Origin: Hydrolagus affinis
Taxonomy: Eukaryota
NCBI GenBank assembly: GCA_012026655.1
Contig: JAAILG010001882.1
Span: 1 to 60,522, forward strand
Direction of reading: 5' to 3'
DNA length: 60,522 bases
Positions 1 through 13,700 of this stretch are shown here, one piece after another (position 1 is the stretch's first letter; each line of letters opens with the position of its first letter). The position numbers and the translations under genes were made by a program. The notes below the pieces were generated by a model. That model was not told the origin of the DNA and searched no databases. It saw only the letters and a program-made list of their open reading frames with translations.

Positions 1-59
1 CCCCCCCCCCCCCCCCCCACACCCACCCCCATCCCCCAACACACTGTTCAACCCAAGCT

Positions 60-1130
60 ACTTCATACTGTATTTAGTGAAATCTAAACGCACCATCCGC
101 TTATTAACATTTTTAATTATCTGAATGAGATAATCCAAGCCAGTGCACTGATTACTGCGATTTCAAATAAAACTTTTCTTTAAAAAGTGAAGTTGAACTC
201 GCCACTCTCTGACTTGACAACAAACCCTCTGTACGGACTTGTGCAGCACTGGAAACATGTGCATTGTGAATTGCTGATGATCAGAGAGTCTCGGTCCATG
301 TCTGGCTGCCACGAGAACATGGGATATTCTCCAAAGTGCAATATAGTTATGTAGTTGTTCCGCTTTGGAGAGTCAAAGCAAAACTCATCAATACAACTGA
401 GGAGAACACAAGCACTACAAGGGGAGACACCGTCCCCGTGGCATTCCCAGTTAAGTCTGTAGATCGGTTCAAATGGAAACCAAATAAACATTGCCGCACT
501 CTCTGAACGCCACTGAATGAAAACTCCTGGCTCCAGGTGCCGTGGAGCCGTTTCACTCATGATCACAACGTTTAACTCGAAATGGTTTATTATTGGGATC
601 GACGGTGGTTCCAATATTGAACCATTTGCAAAAGCACAGATTCAAATCGGACAGTTTCATCGCGGAGCTTATGAAATGGGTTTGCGGCTTGGCTACTTAT
701 CCTGATCTGTGTAAGATTAGTCTTCAGGAATTCAGATTTTACAGAATGGTCCTCGGCGACCTGCTGCCAATACCTATCGCGAAGTGTACAGCGTTTGGTG
801 GTTTTCTAACAGGAGCCAGTGCTGATAGGAGGAAGTCTCTTTGGAACTGGAACCTGTGTGAATAAGTGGATGTGTTTATTATGTGTTTAATAACATCTGC
901 AATTAACTGGTGATTTGTGTAAATTGTATAATGAACCATTTGTTTTAATGCGGTCGAGTAAAAGTGTGTTTGAAGCTTGTTTTAATGGGACACATTTCCC
1001 TGTATGTATGAATTAATTGGTTGAAATCAATTACCATTACAAGAGAGACGCTACAGATGGCGTTTTGTTACGTTTCTGTTTTCTTCCATAGCATCGAACA
1101 GTTTCTTGAGGTGCTTCTCTGTTAAACTGA
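60..1130. promoter_or_regulatory. Putative conserved non-coding/enhancer region, likely upstream of FEZF2
   Basis: No recognisable repeats, relatively CpG-retaining, TAAT/ATTA clusters, CATCTG/CAGATG E-boxes (894-899, 1054-1059). FEZF2 lies 3' of CADPS on the same strand in other vertebrates (synteny inference). Confidence 0.45.
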
Positions 1131-1142
1131 GCGTTTGGTTGG

Positions 1143-1162
1143 GAGAGAGAGAGAGAGAGAGA
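1143..1162. repeat. (GA)n microsatellite
   Basis: Directly visible. Confidence 0.9.
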
Positions 1163-1503
1163 AATAGTCACATTTGTTTCATCTTGACGGTGCCAGTAAA
1201 CAGTTGTCGGCTTAAAATGAAAAGAAAAAGAAACACAAAATAAAATAAGTCTAAAGGCGATTAGAAAATGGGAATTAAGAAATTGAAGATTTTTTTAAAC
1301 ACTGTCTGTTTCCCAAACTTATCTGTTATTACTGTTATTACTGTTATTACTTCAATATTTCATCGCAAAAACACCGCTTTAATGGTCACACAGAAACAAC
1401 GGTGAATTCTTACATTTAATGCCCAAGTATCGAAATCCAAACAAACGTACATAAAATGGATATAGATGTATCCATATATTATATCTATATATCCATATGT
1501 ATC

Positions 1504-1548
1504 CACACACACACACACACACACACATATTATATATAGAGAGAGAGA
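1504..1548. repeat. Compound (CA)n(TA)n(GA)n microsatellite
   Basis: Directly visible. Confidence 0.9.
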
Positions 1549-4500
1549 TGGTTAGGTTGCAAATCAACATCTATTAACGATGAGCTAGCAGGCAGTCAAG
1601 ATGGATTCACGGAGGAGGCAGTGAATAAGGGGTTGAATTTAGATATGAGATTCGGGGTGTGTTATTAGATACAGAATCAGGGTTGGATGTTGGTTCCTGT
1701 CCCAGTTATCCGTGTGTCTGAACCCAACATTCACTGTAATCACAACCCCCACCGTAGGGTCTGGAGAAAAGGATTTAAAAGATGAACCAGCTCAGATCGT
1801 GATCATCTAATCTCCTGTTCCATTAATCTGACGTGATACCTGCTCCTCGGGCATTATTTCGCTCAGGCGTGGATGATGTGGGAAATTAAAGATATAACAT
1901 TTCTACTCCAGTCCGAGTATCAGAGGCAGAGTTGCCAGTATACTTGATTAAAAGTAAATCACTTGAAATAGAGGCGCTGTAAACCACAACAAATTCAATC
2001 GAGTTACTGCACTTACATAGAAAAATACAGTACTCTCAAAAAGTGTGTTTGATATACTACTAACATTTTCAATTTCATTCCTTTCAACCCCACAGAATGC
2101 TATCTACATTAGTACTGATATATCTCCATTTACAATTCAACGGCAATTTATTGGCAACTACCTATCCTTATTTATCCTAAAATTGGCATATTTTGTAAAA
2201 AGATGTTTATACCCAATAATTAAAATGGGGTAGAGTGAATTAATTTGGATTTTAAATTGAGTAGTAAAGTTTTAAAGAGTACACATTTTTTAGGTTTATT
2301 AATAATCACTATCAACTTATAGTCTTTTTATTGTGTGAAGTAAAGTCAAGGTAGAGTGTTATTAAAGTTGAATGAATGCACCTTTCAGTACACATGCATC
2401 AAATATGTAATATTTCAAATAGAGCAATGTCAAAAGTACAATGTCCCCACAGTTAGTCAATAGCAATAGTTAGATGTCCGTAGATCACAAAGCATCTTTT
2501 GGCTATGTAGGTTTTTTTTAATATATTGTCTAAGGTTTATTGTGGCACAGTTAAGCTTTTGATCTGTGCAATTTATATTTTAATCTTGGACTAACTTGTG
2601 TTCAAGATGTTTCTTCATTTGACCTCAAATGATTTTAATCAGACTATGGAAATCCACAACCAGATTGTATTTCATCTTTAAATTTATTTTTGCAATCTCT
2701 GTCTGGCTCGAAACACCCAAATGACAATATCTTTAATCCATGGTTTTAATTTAATCCAAACTTCTTTCCTTGCCAGTAAAAAACTAAAGGACAGGGAAAG
2801 GTGAAACTGTTCAGAGCACTGCGTTTTGAATATTACAAGAATATCTGTAAGGCCTGTTTGCTGGAAATGTGTTTTAAATTCTTCAACTGTCACAGATTAA
2901 CTTCGATTGTTTGGTATATCAAACACCAACTACTAACCTCAAAAGCAAAATTCAATATTTACCATTTGCTGTTCCAAACATGGAAGCATTTTATTGGGGG
3001 GAAAAAGTTTTTTTTAACTGTTATATGTACTATCTGCATGACTTCTTAGCAGTCAAATGTTGATTATCACTCAATAAATTTGTAGTGATTACAATAGTTA
3101 ATCCTTCAAGGTGGATGTCATCACACATCAGCTATGCAGTGTGCAGTGTCTGACCTGACATTCCCTGCTGGCAAAAAAGCCCCATATAAAAATAAAACTC
3201 TAAAGACCTTACAAACTCCCGAATACACAGGATAAAAGTGATGCTAGAATTGAGTGATTTTCAAAGCTGTAATCTCATCCTGGGGTTCAGAAGGTGGCTT
3301 TAAACCACTAAACTACCAAAGATTTCTTCTCACGAATATGAACCCTCAGATTAGATGACTGCACTGCAATTACTCCAGGGTACCCATTACTCTTCACATA
3401 ATGCATGCTGCACATTACATTTCCCAGTAATTGAATGTAAATATTTTTTTGATAACGCTGGAGAAAAAAAATCTCACAATTGTTAGTTCTGAGTCAATGT
3501 CATTACCAATCAAGGACATCAGATTCAATGACAGTCAGTGTCTACATTTGCTGTCACATCTAAAAGGGAAACATGACCAAAACCAGAATAATGGTTTTAA
3601 ATGATTTGTTTTAGCTGTTGGGATTATCACATTTTTTGCTTGTTTTGAGATCTGGAAGATTTAGTAAAAAAAACACAATTTACAAATGAAAAGCAGTCAT
3701 ATAGAAATCATTCAATTAAAAGAATACAACGACTGTGTGTTTATATGACATTCCTGTATTTTTCTGGTCAGAGTTCCTGTGGTTGAGAAATGTGTGCGTA
3801 AATATAATAATCTATTTTATTATTCAGAATTCTTGCAGGGATGTAACAAATGCAGGGATTTTAATTTCTCACCATTTGCTTCATATAATCACATTTTTAA
3901 AACTGAAAATTATGCACAGTTGGGGTTTAGTAATAGTTGAATTTGGTTTATGTTAAATGATCAGGAAACATATGACACTTTACATAAGTCTTTTTAATTG
4001 CCATCCTGATGATTGTCACTATTGGCCCATCAAAATGACAGTAAAATGGCTTCACAGTATCGAAAAGTACTACATGATTTGTACATGCAAAGTTACTGAA
4101 CAGTGAGCGATACTACACAAAGTATATCATTCTGGTGTTGATAACAATCTTTAAATAGCAACACCGACTAATGTCACCATCTGGTAAGAGTGCACTTTGG
4201 GTGAACTTTGGCTTAACAAACTTCAATCACTGATATCCTCAGCTTTATTCCCTTGTAAGATTTTCTTTGCGTTGTACTGTGAGAAGTCCTAGAGTTTATT
4301 TACTGAGAAAAGGTAGCTTTACGAAATCAACTTCTTTACTGCTATAACTTTGATTCTGCCACATTGGCAGCCACTGCTCTTACTGATACAGGGGGACATT
4401 TTAATCAAACTATATCATGCAAAGCAAAATAGATCACTTGAGAGATTTGGATGATATAGGCTCTTTGGACCACTAGATACCATCCTTCCAGAATACCAGT

Positions 4501-5619
4501 CCAACCACCTTCCCATTACAGCATCAAGCTTTCTCAAATGAATCTTGTATATTGACCTCTACCACCCTTTTAAGTGAACCTGTTCCATGTGTTAAATAGC
4601 TCAGTATTTAAGATATTGTCTAAAATTGTTGCTCACAAACCTGACTGTGTCCTTGTGTCCCGGTGCTTTGGAATGTTTAATAGGATTGTTCTGGATTTAC
4701 TTGTTCTATTTCATTCAGCAACTCATATAACAAAACAAAATTACATTTGAATACTGCCTTTCATGTCAGGAGGATGACCCAAGGCACTTATACTCCTCTT
4801 TAAGGTCTCTTCTGAGATATCTCTGTGCCTTAGCTTGTTTGATTGTTCCAAATAACTCATTCTTTAGGACTGAGGATCAGTCTCTTTCATTCAGGTTTTT
4901 TCTGTTTGCTAAGAACATGGGAGGTCCCTCCACAGACCTCACTCAAAATCTACCTCCCTCTCCTCATTTCAACTCAGGTCTTCCAACAACTGCTGTCTGC
5001 TCCCCTCTGCTAAGGCCAATCCATTTGACCACTCTGGATCTTATCACCAAGGTTTTAAATTTTAGAAGTTTTCTGTGCATCAGTTGTGTTCAGATACAAC
5101 AACAACAACAACAACTTGGATTTACAAAGTGCCCTCCACTGCCGTACATACTGACTGACCCACCTGGAGATGGTTAAAGTTGTCTCTATCAAAACAGATA
5201 TATACAGTACTACAGTTATATCTGTATCAATAGACCACTAATGCCAGAACCAGAATACAATTCTCAAATATCATTCTTTATAAAAAGCTGAATAAAATGG
5301 GACACGTATTCAATTGCTGTTGTTACTTCAAATTATTGCATTTAGAAACGTGATGGCCTAACTTGGCTTCAGTTATGTTCTTGGAAACAAAAAGCATCTT
5401 CCAGCTGTCCTTGAAATCACAAGAAAATAAATTATTTCAACGTGGTAACACACAGGGAAGACTCCTGCAATTGACACACTTGATTTCAGCAAGAAATACT
5501 GCAAATATATCAACTTGCTATTGGGTTTGTATCAATTATTACTGAATATCGTATGAAACTGGAAAGAGGTTTGTTGTACACTGGTTACACTGTATAAAGC
5601 AATACAAGCTTTTGCTTAA

Positions 5620-6000
5620 TATCAAAGTAAGTACACACATGACTGTAATATGATTTCCAATCAATACTGTTGCATGCAGAGCGGTGACCCACCGCAGCCT
5701 GTTCTCAGAGAGGCAATTCAGCTCCACTCAATTAAAGTGGAACGAATAGTACTTGTGTTTCTGGGTCTTTCAGTTGCATGAGGTCACCTCGCAGAGAAAG
5801 AAATGATAAATTATGTGCAAATGGAAACCGTCTATTGTTGACAAGACACCAATTTGATAATAAAGCGATTAATCAAGGACCACTTTTAAAAAACCCTGCT
5901 TCCATCAGTCTCAGGTCATGTTTAGTTATTATCACCATCCAGCAGTGAAATACACTAATTAATGGGCTCCTATTAAATTGTACCACAGCAATTTTGCTAT
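5620..6000. promoter_or_regulatory. Putative conserved non-coding element
   Basis: Non-repetitive block with homeodomain-type (CTAATTAA, CAATTAAA) and Sox-like (CTATTGTT) motifs; conservation not testable here. Confidence 0.35.
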
Positions 6001-6152
6001 TATTATTTTCCTTGATTTAAAAATTAACAGCCATGCATGATATAAAAATAGCTACGTATATATTCTGGCAATTTCTAGAATCCACAATCAACACAATAAA
6101 CAAGCTTCAAGAGAATTAATTGATTCTTCTATTTATTGACATAGTATAAATT

Positions 6153-6452
6153 GTCGTGTTGCTCAGTGGTTAGAGCAGTTGCCTTGTATTCTGGTTCAAT
6201 TCCAAGTAGGGCAAAACCTTCGGCAAGTTTTCTTTCACCACATGCCTAATAATAATCTCTCAACAAAAACAGTAATAAATTGGTCATTTCAATCCACAAC
6301 AGTTTGTGGGACACAGCTGTGTGCAATTGGCTGCCGCATTTTGCCAACAAATATAAGGTCAATTCACTTTACAGTATATTCTGTGAAGTGTTTTGAGACG
6401 TATAGAAGACATGAAAGGCACTATAACAATTGCGGGGATTATTATTATTATT
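6153..6452 (+). mobile_element. tRNA-derived SINE
   Basis: A-box GCTCAGTGG and B-box GTTCAATTCC; body shared with copies at 45458 and 58406; (TAT)n tail. Confidence 0.85.
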
Positions 6453-6701
6453 AAATTGTCAAGCATATTCACATATTAACGTTAACAATGTTGACAAGTT
6501 TTTCTTGCAGTGAGACAAGCCAACAGAACATCGATGGATCTCACAGCTGGACGAGGAGAAGCGAATATGTGGAAGTCTGTGGATACTGGGGATATGTGGA
6601 CTGGTGATATTCTGAAATATGATGTTGAATATCTTTGGGTATATGAAACTATGAAAAGCTTTTCCTCAATGATAAGACAGTGTGAGATGAAATCCACAAT
6701 A

Positions 6702-7327
6702 CTGGAACTCCTCAATTAACATCGGAGATGTGTTCTTGAAAAGTGCGATTTTAAGTGAAACAACGTATAGCAAAACCTAAATTACCAAAGGCCCTAATGC
6801 TATCAATAGGGGTTACGTTCCTTCGGTACATTTCTGGTCTAAATTTTCTTACACTAAAATTAAATAAACAGCAAAAACAACACTACTAGTATTGAAAATT
6901 AAAATGAAAGTTTGATAAATATATAAATCAGGTAAAAATACAATTAAGAGAACACTTCCTGGGGATGGTTTATGTGGTAGTGGGAGGGGCCGGAGTCATT
7001 CAGATGAAGGGGCGGGATTACCTGCCTCTTGTACGGATCCTCAGAGGCCCCTCCCTCACGCCGCGGCCCCAAACAGCTGATCGCTGGCACGCGTTTACGC
7101 CTTTGTACATTTTCCAGTGATCAAACATTTTCCAGTGATCAAAGTAAGTGTTCTCAATTGCATTTATTATCTTATATATTTACTAAACAACTAATATAAA
7201 ATGTAATTAGCTAATATCCCTTCAATTAATCCAATTTTCTAATTTTTTTTCTAACTGTCAAATAATTCACCAACAACATATAATTGAAACAATGTATATT
7301 GGGACGAAGAATAGAGAGTAGTACCAG
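6702..7327. mobile_element. Tc1/mariner (Tigger-like) non-autonomous DNA element
   Basis: Imperfect TIRs CTGGAACTCCTC / GAGTAGTACCAG flanked by TA on both sides; internal ~19-bp tandem duplication near 7107-7143. Confidence 0.6.
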
Positions 7328-7559
7328 TACTGGGTTTTGAGTAGCATATGGCTGGAGTGGGCTTGAGAGCTCAATTTAATTTTTTCTCCTACGTTTTCAT
7401 AATCATCGCTTGTATCACATCAAATTGCATCTACCCACGGAGATGTCTGAAACCCCCTGAAATATTACATGTATGATAAAATGAATATGCTGTTACCAAG
7501 ATGGTTTGTTTAAGAAACAACTCGATTCTGTAATGGGAGAACAGTAGCCTGGGTAGCCT

Positions 7560-8830
7560 AACAACAACAGCAGCAACAAACTTACATTTGTATAGCACCA
7601 TTCACGTCAGGACGCCATCCCAAGATGCCGGACAATCAGTATTTCATCCATACCCGTAAAAGCCCGTTTATCTGGCACCCGATCAACCGTAACTTCCGTA
7701 TAACCGGCACCTCAAAAAAGTCCGCATTCGATTAATCTGGAAAAATGCATTTTTGTTTGGATTTTTCTGTGTTTTTGGCTGAATATCCGGCAGGCACTTT
7801 AACTGGCATTGGCCAGGTCCCAAGGATGCCGGATAAATGGACTTTTACTGTATTTCAGACTGGGTAGAGATCTCAGAGGGTGGAGGGCAGGGAAGAAAGG
7901 AGATTGAAAGCATGGTACAGTGGAGGGCCATGAGGTAGGTCTTGAAGGAGGCAAAGGACAGGGTGAGGCACTACAGAGGGACTGTGGGATGGAGTTCCAG
8001 AGGGTGGGGGCAGAGTGACTGAAGGCCACCAATGGTGGGTTGGGTGAGGTGGGGGACATGATGCAGGCTAGAACCTGCTGAGTGGAGGGAAGGGGCAGGT
8101 TGCTAGGGGTTGAGAGGATGTCGCAGAGGTGGGGGGAGTAAGGCCATGGAAGGCTTTGAAGGGAATCAGATCCCCAGTTATCCTTCGTCCTCCACATCCG
8201 GTCCCTGACCAGCACCGCTTTCTTCCATCTCCACCACATTGCCTGTCTCCGTCAATACCTCACCCCAATAGTTATATTTGTGGCCAGCCCCGATTACCCC
8301 TGTTCTTGTCAAAATGCACTGGCTCTCTATCACACAGCGGATCGACTTCAAGATCCTCCACTCCTCTGCACCCTCCTATCTCTCTAACACAGCAGTTCCC
8401 ACTGCCTCTGATTGGGTCTGGCCAACTTACATTTATATAACGCCCTCCATGCCCGGCCGCGTCTCAGAGCGCTTTAACAATAGTGGAGCCCGGGGCCAAG
8501 ACGGGGAGAGGAGGAAGGTGACCGTAAGCTTGATCAAAGAGTAGCATCTTCAGCTGTGACCTGAAGATGAGGAAGGAGGGATGAGGTGAAGGGGTTGAGG
8601 AGGAAGTTCTAAAGTTTTGGGGTCTAGTGGCTGAAAGCACGGCCGCCGATGGTGGAGCAGAGGATTCGGGGGATGAGGAGCAGGCCAGACCCAGTAGAAC
8701 GGAGGTAGTGGGTACTGCTGTTAGGAGAGGAGGTTAGAGTCATTGGGGTTTTCCGAGGAATGGAGGGATTTAAACACTAGAGTGAGGATCCTGAAGTCAG
8801 TCCACCCTGTGAGCCAGTGGGGTAATCAGG
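7560..8830. mobile_element. Cluster of L2 LINE 3' fragments in both orientations (interrupted by the MITE)
   Basis: AFSHSAPTLWNSIP and HWLxIxQRIDFKIL L2 ORF2 C-terminal motifs; (CAA)n tail at 7560. Confidence 0.8.
7653..7850. mobile_element. Tc1/mariner MITE (~200 bp)
   Basis: TIRs GTAAAAGCCCGTTTATCTGGCA / TGCCGGATAAATGGACTTTTACTG, TA flanks; a second copy lies at 60004-60222. Confidence 0.85.
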
Positions 8831-8902
8831 GTTTGAAGTTTCCCCATCTCTATTAAGTGCTCTGGGATAATAATAACAATAATCCTTGCAGTACTATGAT
8901 CA

Positions 8903-9160
8903 GAATAATAATCCTTGTATTTGATATAGCACTTTTTACGTATTCTAGACAAAGCCCTTCACAGATTGTACTGTAAAGTAAATTGATCGTATGTATGTGG
9001 GCGAAGCGCGGAGGCCAATTGCGCACAGCAGAGTTCCACAAACCGCCGTGGATTGAAATGACCAATTTATTATTGGTGTTTTTTTCTTGAGGGATTATTA
9101 TCAAGTGTGTGGATTAGGGAAACTTGCCCAAGGTTTCTCCCTGCCAGGAATCGAACCATG
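8903..9160 (-). mobile_element. tRNA-derived SINE
   Basis: Reverse complement of the SINE body and tail (aataataatccttgtatttgatatagcac ... gaatcgaacc). Confidence 0.85.
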
Positions 9161-10489
9161 TTTGATGTTACCCTAGGCGCAGGCTACTATATAAATGCAA
9201 GTGTTGTCATTGTAGTATTATGAAAGAAGATCAAATGGACTCTAAGGTGGATGGACTGAAACAATTTCTTTATCTTCACCTTCCCTGTGATGATATAACT
9301 TTGCGCTGGCTGCAAATGAAAGTTGATAAAAGTGTCCTGATGTGCTGATGCTACATTCTTCAATGTTGCTAAGACCTATTTTTCTAGGGGCCAATATATA
9401 TTTACACTTCGTGTGTATATATGATTTCAAAAGTTCAGAGTCTGTTAATAAATTGCCATTCAAATGCAGCTACATGTTTAACTGTTTTCTCACTGTCATG
9501 TTGTGAAAAATACTGAACATTTTTTGAGTTAATGAAATTGGATAAAGTTAATGTAAAGTATATGCCATCGATTACCACTATATCAGATGTCTTAACAGTC
9601 TACCACTTGTACATCAAATCAGTTGTTAATGTTGAGACATTCTGTACCTCATTAGGATTGCTAATGATATATTCATAACCAGTGTATTTTGTCACTCTTC
9701 ATAAATGAGTACAGCAGTGCATATCACAGCTAGTGAGCCATAATTATTTTATAATACATACAGGACTAATACACTGGGAATAAGTGATTGCAGAGAATGT
9801 GTTACAAAGCTGTAATGTGCCTTTGGGTTTGGTAGCCTGCTTGCATTACTCAAATTTATAATCGTGGATTCACAATTTATAAAGCTCTTTGTAATTATTT
9901 CCCAAATTTTGTATTTTCAGTTTCTAAAGTAATCTCAAGAATTTTTTCTTCAAAAATTTAATTCTGGGTCAATCTGAAGATATTTATTTTATTTCCTTTT
10001 AAAAAAAACTTTATTTTTTATGTCAAAAGTGACAATATTTTTTCTTTTGTTGCTTATTTATTTTGTTTAAACATGCATGTGAAAAAACATGAAGTTATCT
10101 GCAGTTGTGAAAAGCCTGAGCCATTTGATGATGACCAATCAGATAGCCCTGGTGAGGAAATTTCAGTTCTTTTCTCGTTAAATACAAAATGTGTTGGTGA
10201 GTGTAGTACTGTAGTAGCAGATTCAGCGAGACAGGCAAAAGCATTTAGTATATATTTTGAAAGGTTATATTAAAGTAAGCCCAGCAAAGAGCCCTTAGGC
10301 TTGAGATAGCTATCCATACTGGGAGATAGTGAATGTTTTTGGCTGATTTAAATTTATTTCTTTTGCACAGGCTTTGCACAGGCCAGAAGTTGGTCCTTAA
10401 ATCACTGAATATCTCATCCGAAATTCCTGCACATTGGAATGATAGTCACTTTTGCAAAACCCTTGGTAAAGGGTAGGCAGGTGCAAAAT

Positions 10490-10830
10490 TACTGGGCATT
10501 AATAATAGGTGTCTGTGATTTCTCCTTTCAATCTGTGAATATGTTTTCTTTGCTAATTATTCAGAAATGCGATAAGAGTAATCTGGTAATTGTCACGATT
10601 AGTTTGACCAGTTAAGTAATGGCAGGCAATCTGTGTTCTTAATTTCTCTCCTAAATCTGAGAGGTACCATAATTAATTTTGCCTGGTTATCTTGGAGGCC
10701 TATCTGAATGAAGACCAGATTCATAATGCCATCCTGAAAATCATGTTCTGGATGAAAGTTATGACCTGTATTACAAACTAACATGTGTGACCTCTTCAGT
10801 GGGGTGCTCTACTTTGAAGCCACTGTCAAT
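10490..10830. promoter_or_regulatory. Putative conserved non-coding element
   Basis: Dense TAAT/TAATTA/TAATCT motifs in unique sequence. Confidence 0.35.
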
Positions 10831-10939
10831 CTTTTCTGTACAACTGATCTGTACAACTGTTGAACAGACATCTGTGCTAAATATAGAATTTTACCTTTAA
10901 GATACAAGAGAACAGCTTAGAATTGCATTTTTCACAAAG

Positions 10940-12085
10940 CACGAGACTAATTTGGACAACATTGTGCAGTGCAAGTGGACCCCTGTTGTTGATGCTTGTT
11001 GGTCCTCCCAACACCGTCTCCACTTCATCTCCACGAAGGGCTTCTCCTCTAGCTCCATGCGCCATCTCGTGCAGAGTTCCTCAAATATTTGTCCTTGGTT
11101 TCCTCCACTTTTCAATATCTATATGCTCCCTCTTGGTGACATCATCTGCAGACATGGGGTTAATTTCCACATGTATGCGAATGACACCCTAGACTCCAGG
11201 ATCTCTGTCGTCCTGACAGAATGTCCATCAGCCATCACATTTTGGATGAGAACTAACTTTCTACAATTGAACAGCAATGAAACCAAGGCTCTCCTGAATG
11301 GCTCCCATCAGTGCCTCCACACTTCAGGCACTGACAGCATCCAGGGATGCACATTCCACCTTGCTAAGCCCGTCCAGAATCTTGGCCTTTTTTGACCCTC
11401 AACAATCCTTTCGACTCTGCATCTGTGCCGTATCCCAATCTGCCTTCCCCCATCTCTGCAATATCACTTGGCACCAACACTGTCTTACATGGCAGGTCAC
11501 TGAGACCCTCATACACACATTCATAACATCCAGGTTTGACTGCACAAACTCCCTACTCGTTGGCCTCCCCAACTCCTCACTCCAGAACTCCAGATCATCC
11601 AGAACTCTGCAGCCCAAGTCCTCTCCCGCACCAAGCTCTGCGACCCTCTCACTCCATCCTAACCCAACTCCACTAGGTTCCCATCACACAGAGGATACAG
11701 TTCATGATCCTGGTCCTCACCTTCACCTCACCTCCATAGTCTTGCTCCTCCCTATCTCTTTGACTTCCTCAACCCCTACCAACTTGACTGCTCCCTCCGC
11801 TCAGTGGGCTACAGTCTGCATCACGTCCCCACTACCCCGCCCCACCATTGACAGGCGTGTTTTCGGTCAATCAGCTCCCACCCTCTGGAACTCTGTTGCA
11901 CAGTTCCTCTGCCTCGCCCCCTCCCTTGCCTCTTTCAAGACCCCTCGTGACCATCCTCTTTGACCATGCCTTCGGTCATTCTCCTCCCGCCCACCCTGCC
12001 CTCCACCCTCTCGAACCTCAGCTCCAGCACCTTGGGATGTCCTCCCGATGTGAGCAGCACAATACAAATGCAATTTTATTGTTGA
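10940..12085 (+). mobile_element. Degenerate L2 LINE, RT domain to 3' tail
   Basis: PLFNIYMLPLGDIICRHGVNFHMYANDT (decayed YADD), NFLQLNxxxT, ETLIHTFITSRFD, SAPTLWNS; frameshifted. Confidence 0.92.
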
Positions 12086-12119
12086 TGGTCACAATTGTTA
12101 AACAAATGTCACATGTCAC

Positions 12120-12465
12120 TTACCAACCTGTCCGCTCCTGCGCTCAGCAGCTCTGATCTGCTCCATGTCCCCCGCCTGACCCACCCCACCATCGGCGGTT
12201 GGGTCTTCAGCCTCTCTGTTTCCACCATGTGGAACTCCATCCCACATTCCCTTCGACTCGCCCCCTTCCTTGCCTCCTTCAAGGCACACCTCAAGACCCT
12301 CCTCTTTCACCGTGCCTTCGGCCACCCTTTTACCCTCTCTGCCCTCCACCCTCCCTGATCCCAACCCCGCCTGCGCCCCCACTCGGGACCTAATCCCTGA
12401 CACTTCAGTGACTTAGGACCTCCCACTGACAAATGTACTTCACAAATGTAATTTTGCATTGTGTT
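12120..12465 (+). mobile_element. Second L2 3' fragment
   Basis: LLHVPRL...WNSIPHSLRLAPFLASFKAHLKTLLF motif. Confidence 0.85.
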
Positions 12466-12705
12466 ACATAAATAGGCTATCTACAACGTTCTTCATCTTA
12501 ATGTGTGCGCATTTGTAAGTATATATGTGTGATTGAGCATGTGTGTGTATATTTGTACGTGTGTGTGTACATGCGTACATACAGTATGTGTCAGCGTGGA
12601 TGGGTCTGTATTTCAGCAGAGCTCAATGGAGAAAGGCAAAACTCACAGGGGAGAGAACTCACATTCTTGTGGCACTTGATCATGTTGAAACTAAATTCTT
12701 TTTAA

Positions 12706-12955
12706 CTATAACAATAACCTTTGCATTTAATGCAGCACTTTTCATGTCTTCTAGACTTCTGAAAGCGATTCACAGAATATACTGTAAAGTGAATTGGCTG
12801 TGTTAGAGGGTGAAATGTGGCAGCCATCTGTGCACAGGAGTGGCTCACAAACAGTTGTGGATTGAAATGACAATTTTTTTTCTTGTGGGATTATTATCAG
12901 GTGTCTGGAATAAGGAAACACGCCCAAGGTTTCGCCCTGTCGAGAATCAAACCTA
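12706..12955 (-). mobile_element. tRNA-derived SINE
   Basis: Same family as 8903-9160. Confidence 0.8.
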
Positions 12956-13139
12956 AATATAGCACAGTATAATATTTACTCTTGATTTTGGTGGGGAAAT
13001 ATGTCAGCTGGTCTGCAAGGTCCCAAAAATCCTCAATTAATCTTGGAGATTCCGGCACACCAGGTAAGTCCCATCTCTTTTCAAACAGTCGAATGAGATT
13101 TATACCTGAACAGGTAGATGGGACCTGGTTTTAAAACTA

Positions 13140-13423
13140 ATTGGTGGCCGGGCTTTCAGCCTCTCTGCCCCCACATTATGGAATTCCAAACCGTAACCCC
13201 TCCGCCTTGCTTCCTCCCTTTCCTCCTTCAAGGCCGGTCTCAAGACATTCCTCTTTGACCGCGCCTTTGGCTCCCCCCTAACTCTTCCCCCTCTCCTTCC
13301 CCCTACCCCGACCCTTGCCCACCCCCCACCACCTCTGCTCAGGTCCCGACCTGACTGTTCAGTGTTTTGGGACGTCCTCCCGACGTGAAAGGCGCTATAT
13401 AAGTGTAATTTTGTTGTTGTTGT
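13140..13423 (+). mobile_element. L2 3' end
   Basis: RAFSLSAPTLWNS motif; tail gggacgtcctcccgacgtgaaaggcgctatataagtgtaattttgttgttgttg. Confidence 0.88.
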
Positions 13424-13700
13424 GCATTTGAAAGGCAGCACCTCTGAAAATGTAGCACTCCTCCAACCACTGCCTAGAGTATGAGCTAAAATCTTGACAT
13501 GAGTTTGAACCTCTGACTCCAAGGCGAGTGTGTAACCATCCATGCCAAATTGATCCAGAAGATAGCAATCAGAGTTGGAAAGTCTGTTTCCTCCCCCTCC
13601 CACCCTCGCACAGTGTGCTAATACTCACTGTAGCACTTCCACTGCTGTCCAACTGATCAGCTAACTCTGGGAGCCAACCTGTGACTTTCTGGATCTGTGA
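13424..13700 (-). mobile_element. Old SINE remnants (Deu-domain-like plus a second tRNA-SINE family)
   Basis: Resembles, from memory, shark SacSINE1/Deu-domain and LF-SINE-like consensus segments; a related forward fragment lies near 32270-32400. Confidence 0.4.

Noticed and set aside
1-40. Poly-C run at the window start
   Set aside because: Low-complexity tract; a minus-strand G-quadruplex is possible but unsupported.
180-614. 144-aa minus-strand ORF as a possible FEZF2 or novel gene
   Set aside because: No Eh1 motif or C2H2 fingers, and no recognisable homology; more likely non-coding regulatory DNA.
11298-11963. Longest ORF in the track (221 aa)
   Set aside because: Frameshift mosaic of decayed L2 ORF2; not a host gene.
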